Shown here: piece after piece, positions 9,765-19,439 of the stretch
How positions within the stretch are numbered: the first letter of the stretch is position 1
How the letters are laid out: each line of letters starts with the position of its first letter
DNA from: an uncultured Gemmatimonadales bacterium
GTDB lineage: Bacteria > Gemmatimonadota > Gemmatimonadetes > Gemmatimonadales > GWC2-71-9
DNA length: 64,000 nucleotides
Assembly (NCBI GenBank): GCA_963796335.1
Contig: CAWCLG010000006.1
Coordinates: forward strand, 132,540-196,539
Reading direction: 5' to 3'
Translations under genes and position numbers: made by a program
Notes under the pieces: model-generated
Told to the model about the DNA's origin: nothing
What the model saw: only the letters and a program-made list of their open reading frames with translations
Databases searched by the model: none

Positions 9765-10972
9765 GGCGTGTCCGCGAGCCGGAGCGCTCCGTCTAAATCC
9801 ACCGCGAGGCGCGGCCCGCCCCGCCGGACGATCGCGCTGCCGCGGGTGTCGATGAGGGGATAGATCCTCGAGCCCCGGGCCCAGCGGGTGGTCTCCCGGC
9901 ACGGCACCAGCGGTGTCCGGGGCACCGCGACGACGAAGCCGCCCGCGCTGCCGGACCGAAGGCCCAGCGCCATCTGACGGCTGGTGATCCGTATCGCCCG
10001 CAGATTCGAGTCGTCCGAGATCGCGACCAGGCGCTCCGCCAGCGCCTTGGCGACCGCGTCGCCTTCGGCGTAGAGCACGGCGTTGCCGGCCAGCGGTCCC
10101 GCTTCGTACGCGGGCTCGAGGGCGGGACAGTCGCGAGGCGTATTCCACCAGGAGGCCGGCTCCGCCCCGCGAGCGTCGGCCTGCACGGCGTCGCGGGCGA
10201 GCGAAGCGCGAAACCCGGCGCTGTCGCCGAGAACCAACGGGCCGATCCGGTCGGATCGCGGCGGGATGATCAGCAGGTAGGTCTTGGTCCAGGGCAGGGG
10301 ATGCACGACGTACTCGCCCCGGGTGCGGGCGTACTCCGCGAGCTCCGGATCGCCGGTTCGGAGGACGTCCGCGCCCCCGTCCAGCGCGTCCCGCAGGTCG
10401 CCGCTCGCCGGCGCCCGGAACTGCAGCGTGGGGCCGAGGGCCGGCAGGGTGTCGGTGACCACGCTGAGCGACCCGTCGGCGAGAAAGGCGGGCACCGAGT
10501 CGCTGGCCCAGTCGAGCGTGACTATGAGGCGGCGGTCGTCCAGTGGCGCGACGCCGGAGACGCCCGCCTGCCGCAGGGTGGTCGCCGCATCCGCCCGCGA
10601 CCGCCATTCGGCGGCGATCGCACCGGCGGTGACGTGGCGGGAAGACGGCGCGAGTGCCAGCGTCCAGCTGTGCCGCGACTCATCCGGGGTCCATGACTCC
10701 GCGGCGGCAGGACGTGCCGCGCCGAGACAGTCGAACCGAATGAGCGGCTGCGGCTGCCGGCCCAGGACGACGGAGTCCTGGGGCCCTCTAGCCGCGACGA
10801 TCAGCTCGCGCGGATGGCCCGGGTCTCCGGTCGGAATGATGCACTGGTTGGGGTCGGGAGCCGCCGGCTCGGGAGGCCGCGCCGGAGCAGAGCCGCCGCC
10901 GCAGCCGGCAGCGAGAGGGAGGAAGGCCATGGAGCAGAGCCCTACGGCCGCCCTGATTGAGCGGGGGATCAT
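9761..10972 (-). CDS. periplasmic lipoprotein co-operonic with the kinase (possible solute-binding/sensor partner)
   Basis: Start at MIPRSIRAAVGLCSMAFLPLAAGC (lipobox). No recognised catalytic motifs. Translationally coupled to the kinase. Confidence 0.55.
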   Translation of the reverse strand: MIPRSIRAAVGLCSMAFLPLAAGCGGGSAPARPPEPAAPDPNQCIIPTGDPGHPRELIVAARGPQDSVVLGRQPQPLIRFDCLGAARPAAAESWTPDESRHSWTLALAPSSRHVTAGAIAAEWRSRADAATTLRQAGVSGVAPLDDRRLIVTLDWASDSVPAFLADGSLSVVTDTLPALGPTLQFRAPASGDLRDALDGGADVLRTGDPELAEYARTRGEYVVHPLPWTKTYLLIIPPRSDRIGPLVLGDSAGFRASLARDAVQADARGAEPASWWNTPRDCPALEPAYEAGPLAGNAVLYAEGDAVAKALAERLVAISDDSNLRAIRITSRQMALGLRSGSAGGFVVAVPRTPLVPCRETTRWARGSRIYPLIDTRGSAIVRRGGPRLAVDLDGALRLADTP

Positions 10973-10992
10973 ATACCCGAATCTTAGCGCTA

Positions 10993-11028
10993 CCCGCCCG
11001 CCTGCCCGTCTGCCCGTTTGCCCGCCTT
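10993..11028. repeat. degenerate octamer repeat (NNTGCCCG x4)
   Basis: cccgcccg cctgcccg tctgcccg tttgcccg, lying between the SPOR gene stop and the lipoprotein start. Confidence 0.7.
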
Positions 11029-11031
11029 CGA

Positions 11032-11964
11032 TCATTTCTCCGCGACGACGAAGGGGCTGCCGCCAACCCCGGCCTTGAGCTTCGCCACCGCCGCCTGGGC
11101 CTCCTGCCGGGTGGCGAACTCGCCGGCTCGCACCTTGTAGAAGCCACGCTCCCGGAGGATCACCGTCGAGAAGCCGAGCTTTTCCGCCTTGCTCGCGGCA
11201 TCGTCGGCCGCGCCGGGGGTGGCGACCGCGGCGATCTGGACGCGGAAGGCCACGCGGGCCGGCGGGCCGGCGGGCTGGCGGGCAGGGGACTTCGCAGAAT
11301 CGGGTGGCGGCTTGGGTGGCTGAGCGGCGGCGCGAGCCGAGTCCCCGGCGGCCGAGTCAGGCCTCGCCGCCTGGGCGCCCGCGGCCGAGTCCGCCGCCCC
11401 ACTGCCCGCCTGCCCGCCTGCCCGACATCGCTGATACATGAACGCGATCTGACGCTGAAGCTCCAGATCGACGTCGTTGCGCGTCGCGCCCTGGGCGAGC
11501 CAGCCGCAGGCTTTGACCGTGTCCTTCAGCTCGAAGTAGGTGCGGCCGCCCCAGTACGCGGCCTGAGCGACGAGTGGCGTGGCGGGGTAGTCCAGCCGCA
11601 GGCGCTCGAGGTTGCGGCCCGCCTGCTCGAAGCTCCGGGTGGCGTAGTCCATCTGGACCATGCGGAGCAGCGCGTCGTCGCTCCACGACGAGGCGGGATA
11701 CTCCACCACCACGCGCTGGAGGTGGCGGCGCATGTCGGCGGCGGTGTTGGCCACCATCGCGTGGGTGTAGAGGATCTCGGGATAGAGCGAATCGGTCGGC
11801 GGCGTCGCGGCCAGCAGGCGATCCACCGCGCTGCGCGCCGAGTCGCTCTGGCCCTCCTGGGCCGCGCGGACGGCCGCGACCAGTCTCGGATCGTTTTGCG
11901 CCGCCGCCGCCGTGGTCCAGCCGGCGAGGGCCAGTGCGAGGAGCCAGCTGGCGGGCCGGATCAC
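11032..11964 (-). CDS. SPOR-domain protein with TPR-like N-terminal region
   Basis: GTG 11964 overlaps the holA stop (GTGA). Has a signal peptide, and the C-terminal FRVQIAAVATPGAADDAASKAEKLGF...YKVRAGEFATRQEAQAAVAKLK is a SPOR fold signature. Confidence 0.75.
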   Translation of the reverse strand: MIRPASWLLALALAGWTTAAAAQNDPRLVAAVRAAQEGQSDSARSAVDRLLAATPPTDSLYPEILYTHAMVANTAADMRRHLQRVVVEYPASSWSDDALLRMVQMDYATRSFEQAGRNLERLRLDYPATPLVAQAAYWGGRTYFELKDTVKACGWLAQGATRNDVDLELQRQIAFMYQRCRAGGQAGSGAADSAAGAQAARPDSAAGDSARAAAQPPKPPPDSAKSPARQPAGPPARVAFRVQIAAVATPGAADDAASKAEKLGFSTVILRERGFYKVRAGEFATRQEAQAAVAKLKAGVGGSPFVVAEK

Positions 11965-13016
11965 GCGGCCGCCCGGTTCGAAGTCACCATGCGCAGCACC
12001 ATGTCGGTGAGGATGCCCCGTTCGTCGGAAACCGTGGTGTCCTTGAGCGCGCGGTCGGCCGCGAGGATGGACCGCAGCGCCGCGACCACTCGGGGCCCGG
12101 GCCAGGCCGGCGCCCAGCGCAGCCAACGGCCCTTCTCCTCGCCCCAACCGAGCAGCCCGAAGACCCGGGTCCGGCGAATGGTGTTGAAGACCGCTTCGTC
12201 GAGCGCGCGCCCCCGCAGGCGGCGGTCGTAGTAGGACCGGGCGATCCCGACTCCGATCATCGTCGTCCCCACCATCGTGACCAGCTTGACGCCGGAGTTG
12301 CCCGGCTGATCGAGCAGCGGGCCGAGGAGACGCAGGGCGGCGTCGACCCGATCCTCCATGACGGCGTCGCGCCAGTCGAACAGGGTCTCGCCGTGCCGCA
12401 CGCCGAGCAGCTCGCCGACCTGCTCGACGGTCAGCGGCTCGCCCGGGGCCAGGGCGGCGAGCTTGTCGAGCTCCGCCGCGAGGCAGGCGAGCTCGCCGCC
12501 CACCGCCTGCGCCAGGTGCCGCGCCGCCTCCGGCGCCAGCTCGACCCCCAAGCCCTTGGCGCGGCGGTCGAGCCACTTGAGCACCCGTTCGAGAGGCAGC
12601 GGGTCGCAGCGCACCGAGACCGCCGCCTTCGCGATCTCCTTGTCCTCGGTCTCCTCGCCCGCGCCCTGGATCAGCACCAGCACGGTCTCGGGCGCGGGCC
12701 GCTCGAGGTAGGAGACCAGCGCGGCGCGCAGCTTGGGCTTCCGCTTCATCGCCTCGACTTCGCGCAGCACCACCACCCGGCGGTCGGCCATCATCGGCAG
12801 CGTGGTGCAGAGCGCGAAGAGCATATCCGGGTCGAGTTGTCCGACGGCGGGCTGATCCAGGTTGAAGTCGCGGAGCGACGGGTCGAGCGCGCGGTCGAGG
12901 ATCGCCCGCAGCACCTCGTCCTTGAGCAGATCCTCCGGACCGTGGAGGTAGTAGGCCCGGGCGGGATCGGACTTGGGAAGCGTGCGGAGGACGGCGTCGA
13001 AGCTCTGGGCGGGCAT
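11961..13016 (-). CDS. holA: DNA polymerase III subunit delta
   Basis: 351 aa. The N-terminus (AYYLHGPEDLLKDEVLRAILDRAL) and overall length are typical of HolA. Confidence 0.8.
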   Translation of the reverse strand: MPAQSFDAVLRTLPKSDPARAYYLHGPEDLLKDEVLRAILDRALDPSLRDFNLDQPAVGQLDPDMLFALCTTLPMMADRRVVVLREVEAMKRKPKLRAALVSYLERPAPETVLVLIQGAGEETEDKEIAKAAVSVRCDPLPLERVLKWLDRRAKGLGVELAPEAARHLAQAVGGELACLAAELDKLAALAPGEPLTVEQVGELLGVRHGETLFDWRDAVMEDRVDAALRLLGPLLDQPGNSGVKLVTMVGTTMIGVGIARSYYDRRLRGRALDEAVFNTIRRTRVFGLLGWGEEKGRWLRWAPAWPGPRVVAALRSILAADRALKDTTVSDERGILTDMVLRMVTSNRAAA

Positions 13017-13025
13017 GAGAGAATT

Positions 13026-14888
13026 CTACGCCGGGCGGCGCCCCGGAGGAAACGCGGCGGGATGCTCGCCGGTGGCGCCGCCGGCCACGGCGCGCTCGTA
13101 CAGCGCCAGGATATGGGCCCGGCTCACCAGCCCCAGCAGGTGGCCGGTGGCCCGATCCACCACCGGAATGGACGGGACGCCCCGAACCCCCATCCGGCGG
13201 ATCGCGTCCAGCAGGCTGTCGCCCGGGGCCACCGACTCGGCGGCGATACACACCTGGGAGGCGACCAGGGCCGCCGTCGCATCGCTCCGCTCTCCGGCCA
13301 GCCGGCCCAGCTCGGCGAGGGGGATGATGCCGACCAGGCGGCGGTGCTCATCCACCACCGGCAGATCGGTATAGGCGCCGCGGCCGAGGTGCTCCAGGAG
13401 CTGGTGCAGGGGAGCGCTCTCGCCCACGACGTTCGGCGCCGGGTCGAAGGCGTCGGCGACTCGCAGGCCGGCGAGCACGTCCCGGTCGGCGCCGTGCTGG
13501 AGATGCTCGCCGCGGCGGCGAAGCCAGCCGCTGTAGAGCGAGTCGGGTTCCAGCCGGCGCGCCACCAGGTTCGCGATCACCGTGGTGAGCATCAGCGGGA
13601 GCACGATCTCGTAATCGTTGGTCATCTCGAAGACGAGCAGCATACCGGTGATCGGCGCGCTCGTGGCGGCGGCGACCACCGCCCCCATGCCCACCAGCGC
13701 GTAGGGCTCCGGCCGAAGCCCCAGGTCGGGGAAGAGGTTGGTCATCGCCACTCCGAACGCGCCTCCGGTGGCGGCGCCGACGTAGAGCGAAGGCGTGAAG
13801 ACGCCGCCCGAGCCCCCGAAGTTGAGGGTGATGGACGTGGCGACGATGCTGCCGACCGCGAGCAGGGCGAGCGAGTGCCACGACATCCGGCCGAAGACGT
13901 CGAGGTGAACGGCCAGATGCCCGTGGCCAACCAGCAGCCCCTTGGAGGCCAACACCAGCACCCCGACCACGAGGCCGCCCAGCACCGCCAGGGCCCAGCG
14001 GGGCCCTTCCAGCCGGCGGGCGAGCGCCTCGGTGCCGAAGAACACCCGCACGAAGAGTACGGCGACCAACCCGGCGACGACCCCGAGCACCGGGTAGAAG
14101 ACCAGCAGCTCGCGCTGGAGGACGAAGCCGTACTCCTCCGGGATGGGAAACGCGGGGTTGTTGCCGAGGAAGTAGTGCGACACCACGGCGGCGACCACGC
14201 TCGCCACCACGACCGAGGGGAAGGCCCCGACCGAGAGCGAGCCGAGGATCTCCTCCAGCGCGAAGAAGGCGCCGGCGAGCGGCGCGTTGAACGCCGCGGA
14301 GATGCCGGCGGCCGCGCCCGCGGCGACCATGACCTTGGTGCGGGCGGGGTCGAACCGGAACATGCGCCCGAGTACCGAGGCGAGCGCCGCGCCGAGCACG
14401 GCGACCGGGCCCTCGCTCCCCGCGGCCCCGCCGCTGCCGAGCGTGACCGCGCTGGCCGCGGTGCGGGCCAGCGTCGGTCGGATGGGCAGCCGGCCGCCCT
14501 CCCGCGCCACGGCGCGCTGCACGTCGGGCACGTTGAGGCCGTCGTGCCCCTGGCCGGGCCCCCGCATGATCAGATACGCCAGCGTCATCCCGAACGCGGT
14601 CAGCAGCGGACGGTAGGCCAGGATGCCCGACTGGGTCAGGAAGACGGCCGGGGTGAGGTACAGCAGCCAATAGGCGAGGTCGATCGCCCGGTAGAAGAGC
14701 ACGACCCCGAACCCGCCCGCCAGCCCGATGGCGACGGCGAACCCGAGGAGGATGCTGTTTTCGTTGAAATTGAAGCCGTTGAACCAGTCGGCGAACCGGT
14801 CCCACACACTCTCGGCTCTTCGGGCGGCGAAGCGGGCCGCGTCCCGCGCGGGGCGGGTGGGATCAGGAAGGGCGGGAAGCCGTCGCAC
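13026..14888 (-). CDS. ClC voltage-gated chloride channel with C-terminal CBS pair
   Basis: GSGGAAGSEGP selectivity motif, GGVFTPSL, about 10 TM helices, and two CBS-like repeats at the C-terminus. Confidence 0.88.
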   Translation of the reverse strand: MRRLPALPDPTRPARDAARFAARRAESVWDRFADWFNGFNFNENSILLGFAVAIGLAGGFGVVLFYRAIDLAYWLLYLTPAVFLTQSGILAYRPLLTAFGMTLAYLIMRGPGQGHDGLNVPDVQRAVAREGGRLPIRPTLARTAASAVTLGSGGAAGSEGPVAVLGAALASVLGRMFRFDPARTKVMVAAGAAAGISAAFNAPLAGAFFALEEILGSLSVGAFPSVVVASVVAAVVSHYFLGNNPAFPIPEEYGFVLQRELLVFYPVLGVVAGLVAVLFVRVFFGTEALARRLEGPRWALAVLGGLVVGVLVLASKGLLVGHGHLAVHLDVFGRMSWHSLALLAVGSIVATSITLNFGGSGGVFTPSLYVGAATGGAFGVAMTNLFPDLGLRPEPYALVGMGAVVAAATSAPITGMLLVFEMTNDYEIVLPLMLTTVIANLVARRLEPDSLYSGWLRRRGEHLQHGADRDVLAGLRVADAFDPAPNVVGESAPLHQLLEHLGRGAYTDLPVVDEHRRLVGIIPLAELGRLAGERSDATAALVASQVCIAAESVAPGDSLLDAIRRMGVRGVPSIPVVDRATGHLLGLVSRAHILALYERAVAGGATGEHPAAFPPGRRPA

Positions 14889-14921
14889 GGAGACAAGATA
14901 CCCGCGAAGTGGCCGCCGACG

Positions 14922-15458
14922 TCATCTCTGGAAACTGTTCACGTACAGCAGGCTCACCAGGGTCTTGCCGTCGATCACCTCGCCCCGCTCCACCATGGCG
15001 ACCACCTGGGACCAGCGCAGCGTGTGCAGCTCCATGAACTCGTCCGCCTCCCGGTGCTCGGCGCCGGGCTCCAGCCCCTCGGCGAGGAACAGGTGGATTC
15101 GCTCGTCCGTGAAGCCCGGCGTGGTGACGATGGTGATGAGCGGCTCCAGCCGGGCGGCGCGCATCCCGGTCTCTTCCTCCAGCTCCCGCGCGGCGCAGTG
15201 CTCCGGGCTCTCGCCCGGGTCGAGCCGTCCGGCCGGAACCTCCCAGATGAAGCCGTCCGCCGCGTGGCGGAACTGCCGGATGAGCACGACTCGGGGATCG
15301 GCCGCGCTCGGCGGGTCGAGGAAGGGAACCACGGCCGAGGCGCCGGGATGGCGAAGGATCTCGAGCTGGCCGACGGAGTCGTCGGGGAAGCGGACGGAGT
15401 CCAGGTCGAGGTTGATGATGCGGCCGGAGTAGAGACGGGTAGTCGAGACGAGAGCCAT
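14922..15458 (-). CDS. NUDIX hydrolase (ADP-ribose pyrophosphatase-like)
   Basis: Nudix box GRLDPGESPEHCAARELEEETG. Confidence 0.85.
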   Translation of the reverse strand: MALVSTTRLYSGRIINLDLDSVRFPDDSVGQLEILRHPGASAVVPFLDPPSAADPRVVLIRQFRHAADGFIWEVPAGRLDPGESPEHCAARELEEETGMRAARLEPLITIVTTPGFTDERIHLFLAEGLEPGAEHREADEFMELHTLRWSQVVAMVERGEVIDGKTLVSLLYVNSFQR

Positions 15459-15482
15459 GGGCGGGAAGGGGGTTAGGGCTGT

Positions 15483-16094
15483 TCAAGTCCGAAGATCAAA
15501 TATCGATTTCACCCACGCTATAGGCGCCTTCGCCCCTTCCGCGAACAGGTAGCGCAGCTCCAGGACCGGGTTGTCGGAGATGGGGCTGCTCTCGGTGGGG
15601 GAGGTGTAGGCCTCCAGCGCGTTGCGCCGGGCCTCGAGGCGGAGGCGGAACATGTGGAACGGGTCGCTCACCAGGAGCACGCGGCGCAGCCCGCGGTCGT
15701 GGAGCCAGGCGCCGACGGCGGTCATCGAGGCGGTGGTGTTGCGGCCGACCGGCTGGGCGACGACGGCCTCCTCCGGCAGGTTGCGCGCGACGAGGTAGCG
15801 GCGGCCGACGGTGGCCTCGCTGGTCGTGTCGCCCCGCCCTACGCCGCCGGTCACGACGACCAGCGGCGCGTAGCCATCGTGGTAGAGATTGAATGCGTGG
15901 TCCAGCCGGGCCCGCAGCACCGGCGAAGGCCGCCCGTTGTACTGCGCGGCGCCGAGGACGATGATGGCATCGACCTGGCGCCGCTGGTCATTCTGGCTGG
16001 TCACCAGCACGCAGGCCAGGGAGACGGTATAGCCGATCGCGCCCAGCAGCAGCACGATGCCCAGCGCCGAGCGCAGCGTGAGGCGGCGCGACAC
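15483..16094 (-). CDS. YdcF/DUF218 family protein
   Basis: N-terminal TM helix, then IIVLGAAQYNGRPSPVLRARLDHA...VVTGG...LVSDPFHM, typical of DUF218. Confidence 0.75.
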   Translation of the reverse strand: MSRRLTLRSALGIVLLLGAIGYTVSLACVLVTSQNDQRRQVDAIIVLGAAQYNGRPSPVLRARLDHAFNLYHDGYAPLVVVTGGVGRGDTTSEATVGRRYLVARNLPEEAVVAQPVGRNTTASMTAVGAWLHDRGLRRVLLVSDPFHMFRLRLEARRNALEAYTSPTESSPISDNPVLELRYLFAEGAKAPIAWVKSIFDLRT

Positions 16095-17479
16095 TAGAGC
16101 TCGAAGGTTTCGCCGTGCTGGGGTACCCGGACATCGCGCACCCCGGCCTCCCGGAGAATCCTGGCCATCGCCTCGAGCGGGCCCGGCTCGCCGTGGACCA
16201 CGAAGGCCCGGCGGATCGGACCGCCGAGCCGGCGGACCCAGGCGGCCAGCTCGCTCCGGTCCGCGTGGGCGGAGTACCCGCCGATGGTCTCGACCTCGGC
16301 CGCGACCTGGTACTCCTCGCCGTGGATCCGCACCGGGCTGGCGCCTTCCTGGAGCCGGCGGCCGAGGGTGTGCTCCGCCTGGTAGCCGACGATGAGCACC
16401 AGGTTCCGGTGGTCGGGCAGGCCATGGGCGAGGTGGTGCAGGATCCGGCCCGACTCCGCCATCCCGGAGGCCGCGATCACGACCGCCGGTCCGGTGGAGG
16501 AGTCGATCGCCTTGCTGTCCTCCACCTCGCGGACGTACCGCACCAGCGGGAAGTCGAACACCTTGCTCTCGGCGCCGATCAGCTTCTCCCGCTGGTCGAA
16601 CACCTCGGGGTGCATCCGGAATACGGTGGTGATGTCGACCGCGAGCGGGCTATCGACGTAGATCGGGATCTGGGGAATCTTCCCGGCGCGCCAGAGCTGG
16701 TGGAGGCTATAGACCAGCTCCTGGCACCGGCCCAGGGCGAACGACGGCACCAGCACCTTGCCGCCGCGCGCCGCCACCCGTCGCACCGCCTCGCCCAGCC
16801 TCGCCTCCGCCTCCGCGACCGACTCGTGGCTCCGGTCGGCGTAGGTCGCCTCGACGATGAGGGTGTCGATCGGGCCGGAGGGCGGCTCGGGGTCGCGGAT
16901 GATCTGGAGACCGCTCCGGCCGATGTCGCCCGAGAACACCAGCCGGTGGTTGCCGGCCTCGGTGATCCGGATATCGACGGTGGCCGAGCCGAGGATGTGG
17001 CCGGCATCGACGAATTCGAGGGCGAGGTGCTTCCGGAGGTGGGTGATCCGGTGGTAAGGGGTCCCCACCATCAGCTCCTGGGTCGCCACCGCGTCGGCCA
17101 TGGAGTACAGCGGCTCGCTCTGCTGCCCCGCCTTGCCCCGCCGCTGGAGGAACTCGAAGTCCTTCTCCTGGATGTGGGCCGAGTCGGGGAGCATCACCGA
17201 GCAGAGATCGCGGGTGGCGGGCGTGGCGTGGATGGGCCCGTGGAAACCGTGGCGCACCAGGAGCGGCAGCCGCCCCGAGTGGTCGATGTGGGCGTGGCTC
17301 AGGACGATCCCGTCCAACCGCCGGGGGTCGAAGGGGAGGCGCAGGTTGAGGTCGTGGGTCTCCGAGCGCTGGCCCTGGAACAGCCCGGCGTCGAGCAGGA
17401 ACCGCCCGCCGGCGGCCTCCAGCAGGTGCATCGAGCCGGTGACCTGCCCGGCCGCGCCGTAGAAGGACAGTCGGATCAC
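16094..17479 (-). CDS. MBL-fold beta-CASP ribonuclease-like hydrolase
   Basis: HxHxDH motif (LSHAHIDHSG), a beta-CASP region, and a C-terminal RNA-specificity-type domain (GGYSAHADRSEL). Confidence 0.85.
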   Translation of the reverse strand: MIRLSFYGAAGQVTGSMHLLEAAGGRFLLDAGLFQGQRSETHDLNLRLPFDPRRLDGIVLSHAHIDHSGRLPLLVRHGFHGPIHATPATRDLCSVMLPDSAHIQEKDFEFLQRRGKAGQQSEPLYSMADAVATQELMVGTPYHRITHLRKHLALEFVDAGHILGSATVDIRITEAGNHRLVFSGDIGRSGLQIIRDPEPPSGPIDTLIVEATYADRSHESVAEAEARLGEAVRRVAARGGKVLVPSFALGRCQELVYSLHQLWRAGKIPQIPIYVDSPLAVDITTVFRMHPEVFDQREKLIGAESKVFDFPLVRYVREVEDSKAIDSSTGPAVVIAASGMAESGRILHHLAHGLPDHRNLVLIVGYQAEHTLGRRLQEGASPVRIHGEEYQVAAEVETIGGYSAHADRSELAAWVRRLGGPIRRAFVVHGEPGPLEAMARILREAGVRDVRVPQHGETFEL

Positions 17480-17481
17480 GG

Positions 17482-18126
17482 CTACCTCGTCCCGAACAGG
17501 CGATCGCCCGCGTCGCCGAGGCCGGGGAGGATGTAGCCCTGCGCGTTGAGCTGCCGGTCGAGGGCGGCGGCATAGACCTGGACGTCGGGATGGTTCTCCA
17601 GCATCCGGGCCACGCCCTCGGGCGCGGCCACCAGGCAGAGGAACCGGACCTTCCGGGCGCCCGCCTCGCGCAGCGCCGAGACCGCGGCGACGCCCGAGCC
17701 GCCGGTGGCGAGCATCGGGTCGAGCACGAAGAAGTCGCGCTCCACCTCGGACGCGGGAATCTTGAAGTAGTAGTCCACCGGCTTCAGCGTGTCGTGGTCG
17801 CGGTAAAGGCCGATGTGGCCTACCCGGGCGGAGGGGATGAGCAGCGCGATCCCCTCCACCATCCCGAGGCCGGCGCGCAGGATGGGCACCAGGGTCAGCT
17901 TCTTGCCCGAGACCTGCCGGCCGGTGGTCCGTTCCAGCGGCGTCTCGATATCGACCGGCTCGGTCGGCAGGTCCTTGGTGACCTCGTACGCCATCAGCAT
18001 CGAGATCTCACTCACCAGCTGCTTGAAGTCGCGGGTGCTGGTGTCCCGGTCCCGGAGGATCGAGAGCTTGTGAGCGATCAGCGGATGAGTGAGGACGGTA
18101 AGATTGGGAAACGATGCCTGAGGCAT
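17482..18126 (-). CDS. upp: uracil phosphoribosyltransferase
   Basis: [18 protein letters not shown]..., PRPP-binding [11 protein letters not shown], and the C-terminal [16 protein letters not shown]. Confidence 0.92.
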   Translation of the reverse strand: MPQASFPNLTVLTHPLIAHKLSILRDRDTSTRDFKQLVSEISMLMAYEVTKDLPTEPVDIETPLERTTGRQVSGKKLTLVPILRAGLGMVEGIALLIPSARVGHIGLYRDHDTLKPVDYYFKIPASEVERDFFVLDPMLATGGSGVAAVSALREAGARKVRFLCLVAAPEGVARMLENHPDVQVYAAALDRQLNAQGYILPGLGDAGDRLFGTR

Positions 18127-18269
18127 AGATCCAATATGCGGGGGGAGATGCGTAGGCAGTAGGGGAGCCGCCGCGAATCAAACCGAACGACGGTGCCGTC
18201 GGGTCTCAGGGTGGGCTTGAACTGGGCCACACTCCAGGGAATGATGCAGGTAATTCACAAGGAGAGCGG

Positions 18270-19439
18270 ATGCGAGCGATGCGGATGTCCAAGGAAGTCG
18301 CGATGCTGGTCGGGCTGGCGGTCGGCGCGCCGCTGGTGACCCAATGTCAGGCGCAGGGGACCCGGGCCGGACCGGCACCGAGCTCGCCGCAGCCGAGGCC
18401 GATCGAGGACAAGGTGGCCGCGGAGACGGTGGCCAAGGGGCTGGAGCATCCTTGGGCGCTGGCGTTCCTGCCAGACGGCCGGATCCTGGTGACCGAGCGG
18501 CCCGGCCGGCTCCGCATCGTGGCCAAGGACGGCAAGCTGTCGGCGCCGCTCCGCGGCGTGCCGGCGGTCCAGGCCAAGGGTCAGGGCGGCCTGCTCGACG
18601 TGGCGATCGATCCCAAGTTCGAGGAGAACCGGCTGGTCTATCTCTCGTACGCGGAGCCGGGCGAGGGTGGCGCGGGGACGGCGGTGGCCAGGGGGCGGCT
18701 GGGCGAGGGCGCGCTGGAGGACGTGAAGGTGATCTACCGGCAGCAGCCCAAGGTCGACGGCAACGGCCACTTCGGCTCCCGCCTCGTCTTCACCCGCGAC
18801 GGCAAGCTCTTCATCACCCAGGGCGACCGGCAGGCATACCGGGAGCAGGCGCAGAACCTGGAGTCGGGGCTCGGCAAGCTGATCCGGATCAATCCCGACG
18901 GCTCGATCCCGGAGGACAATCCGTTCGTCGGGAAGCCCGGCGCGCGGCCGGAGATCTACTCCTACGGACACCGGAGCATGCAGGCGGCGGCGCTCCACCC
19001 GGAGACCGGGCAGCTCTGGACCGTGGAGCACGGCGCCCGCGGGGGCGATGAGCTGAACCATCCCGAGTCGGGGAAGAACTACGGCTGGCCGGTCATCACC
19101 TACGGCCGCGACTACTCCGGCGCGAGCATCGGCGAGGGGACGGAAAAGACGGCGATGGAGCAGCCGGTCTATTACTGGGATCCGGTGATCGCGCCGTCGG
19201 GCGCCGTGTGGTATACCGGGGACAAGTATCCCGGGTGGAAGGGCAGCCTCTTCGTCGGCTCGATGCAGCCGGGCGCGCTGGTCCGGCTCACCCTGGACAA
19301 CGGGCGAGTCGCCAGCGAGGAGCGCTACCTCGGCTCAGTGGGCCGGGTGCGCGACGTCCAGCAGGGGCCGGACGGCTTCCTCTACATCGTGACCGACGAA
19401 GACGACGGCCGGGTGCTGCGGGTGGTGCCGAAGGGCTAG
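18270..19439 (+). CDS. PQQ-dependent sugar dehydrogenase (soluble aldose dehydrogenase family)
   Basis: Signal peptide, [25 protein letters not shown], and GLLDVAIDP; beta-propeller dehydrogenase signature. Confidence 0.85.
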   Translation: MRAMRMSKEVAMLVGLAVGAPLVTQCQAQGTRAGPAPSSPQPRPIEDKVAAETVAKGLEHPWALAFLPDGRILVTERPGRLRIVAKDGKLSAPLRGVPAVQAKGQGGLLDVAIDPKFEENRLVYLSYAEPGEGGAGTAVARGRLGEGALEDVKVIYRQQPKVDGNGHFGSRLVFTRDGKLFITQGDRQAYREQAQNLESGLGKLIRINPDGSIPEDNPFVGKPGARPEIYSYGHRSMQAAALHPETGQLWTVEHGARGGDELNHPESGKNYGWPVITYGRDYSGASIGEGTEKTAMEQPVYYWDPVIAPSGAVWYTGDKYPGWKGSLFVGSMQPGALVRLTLDNGRVASEERYLGSVGRVRDVQQGPDGFLYIVTDEDDGRVLRVVPKG

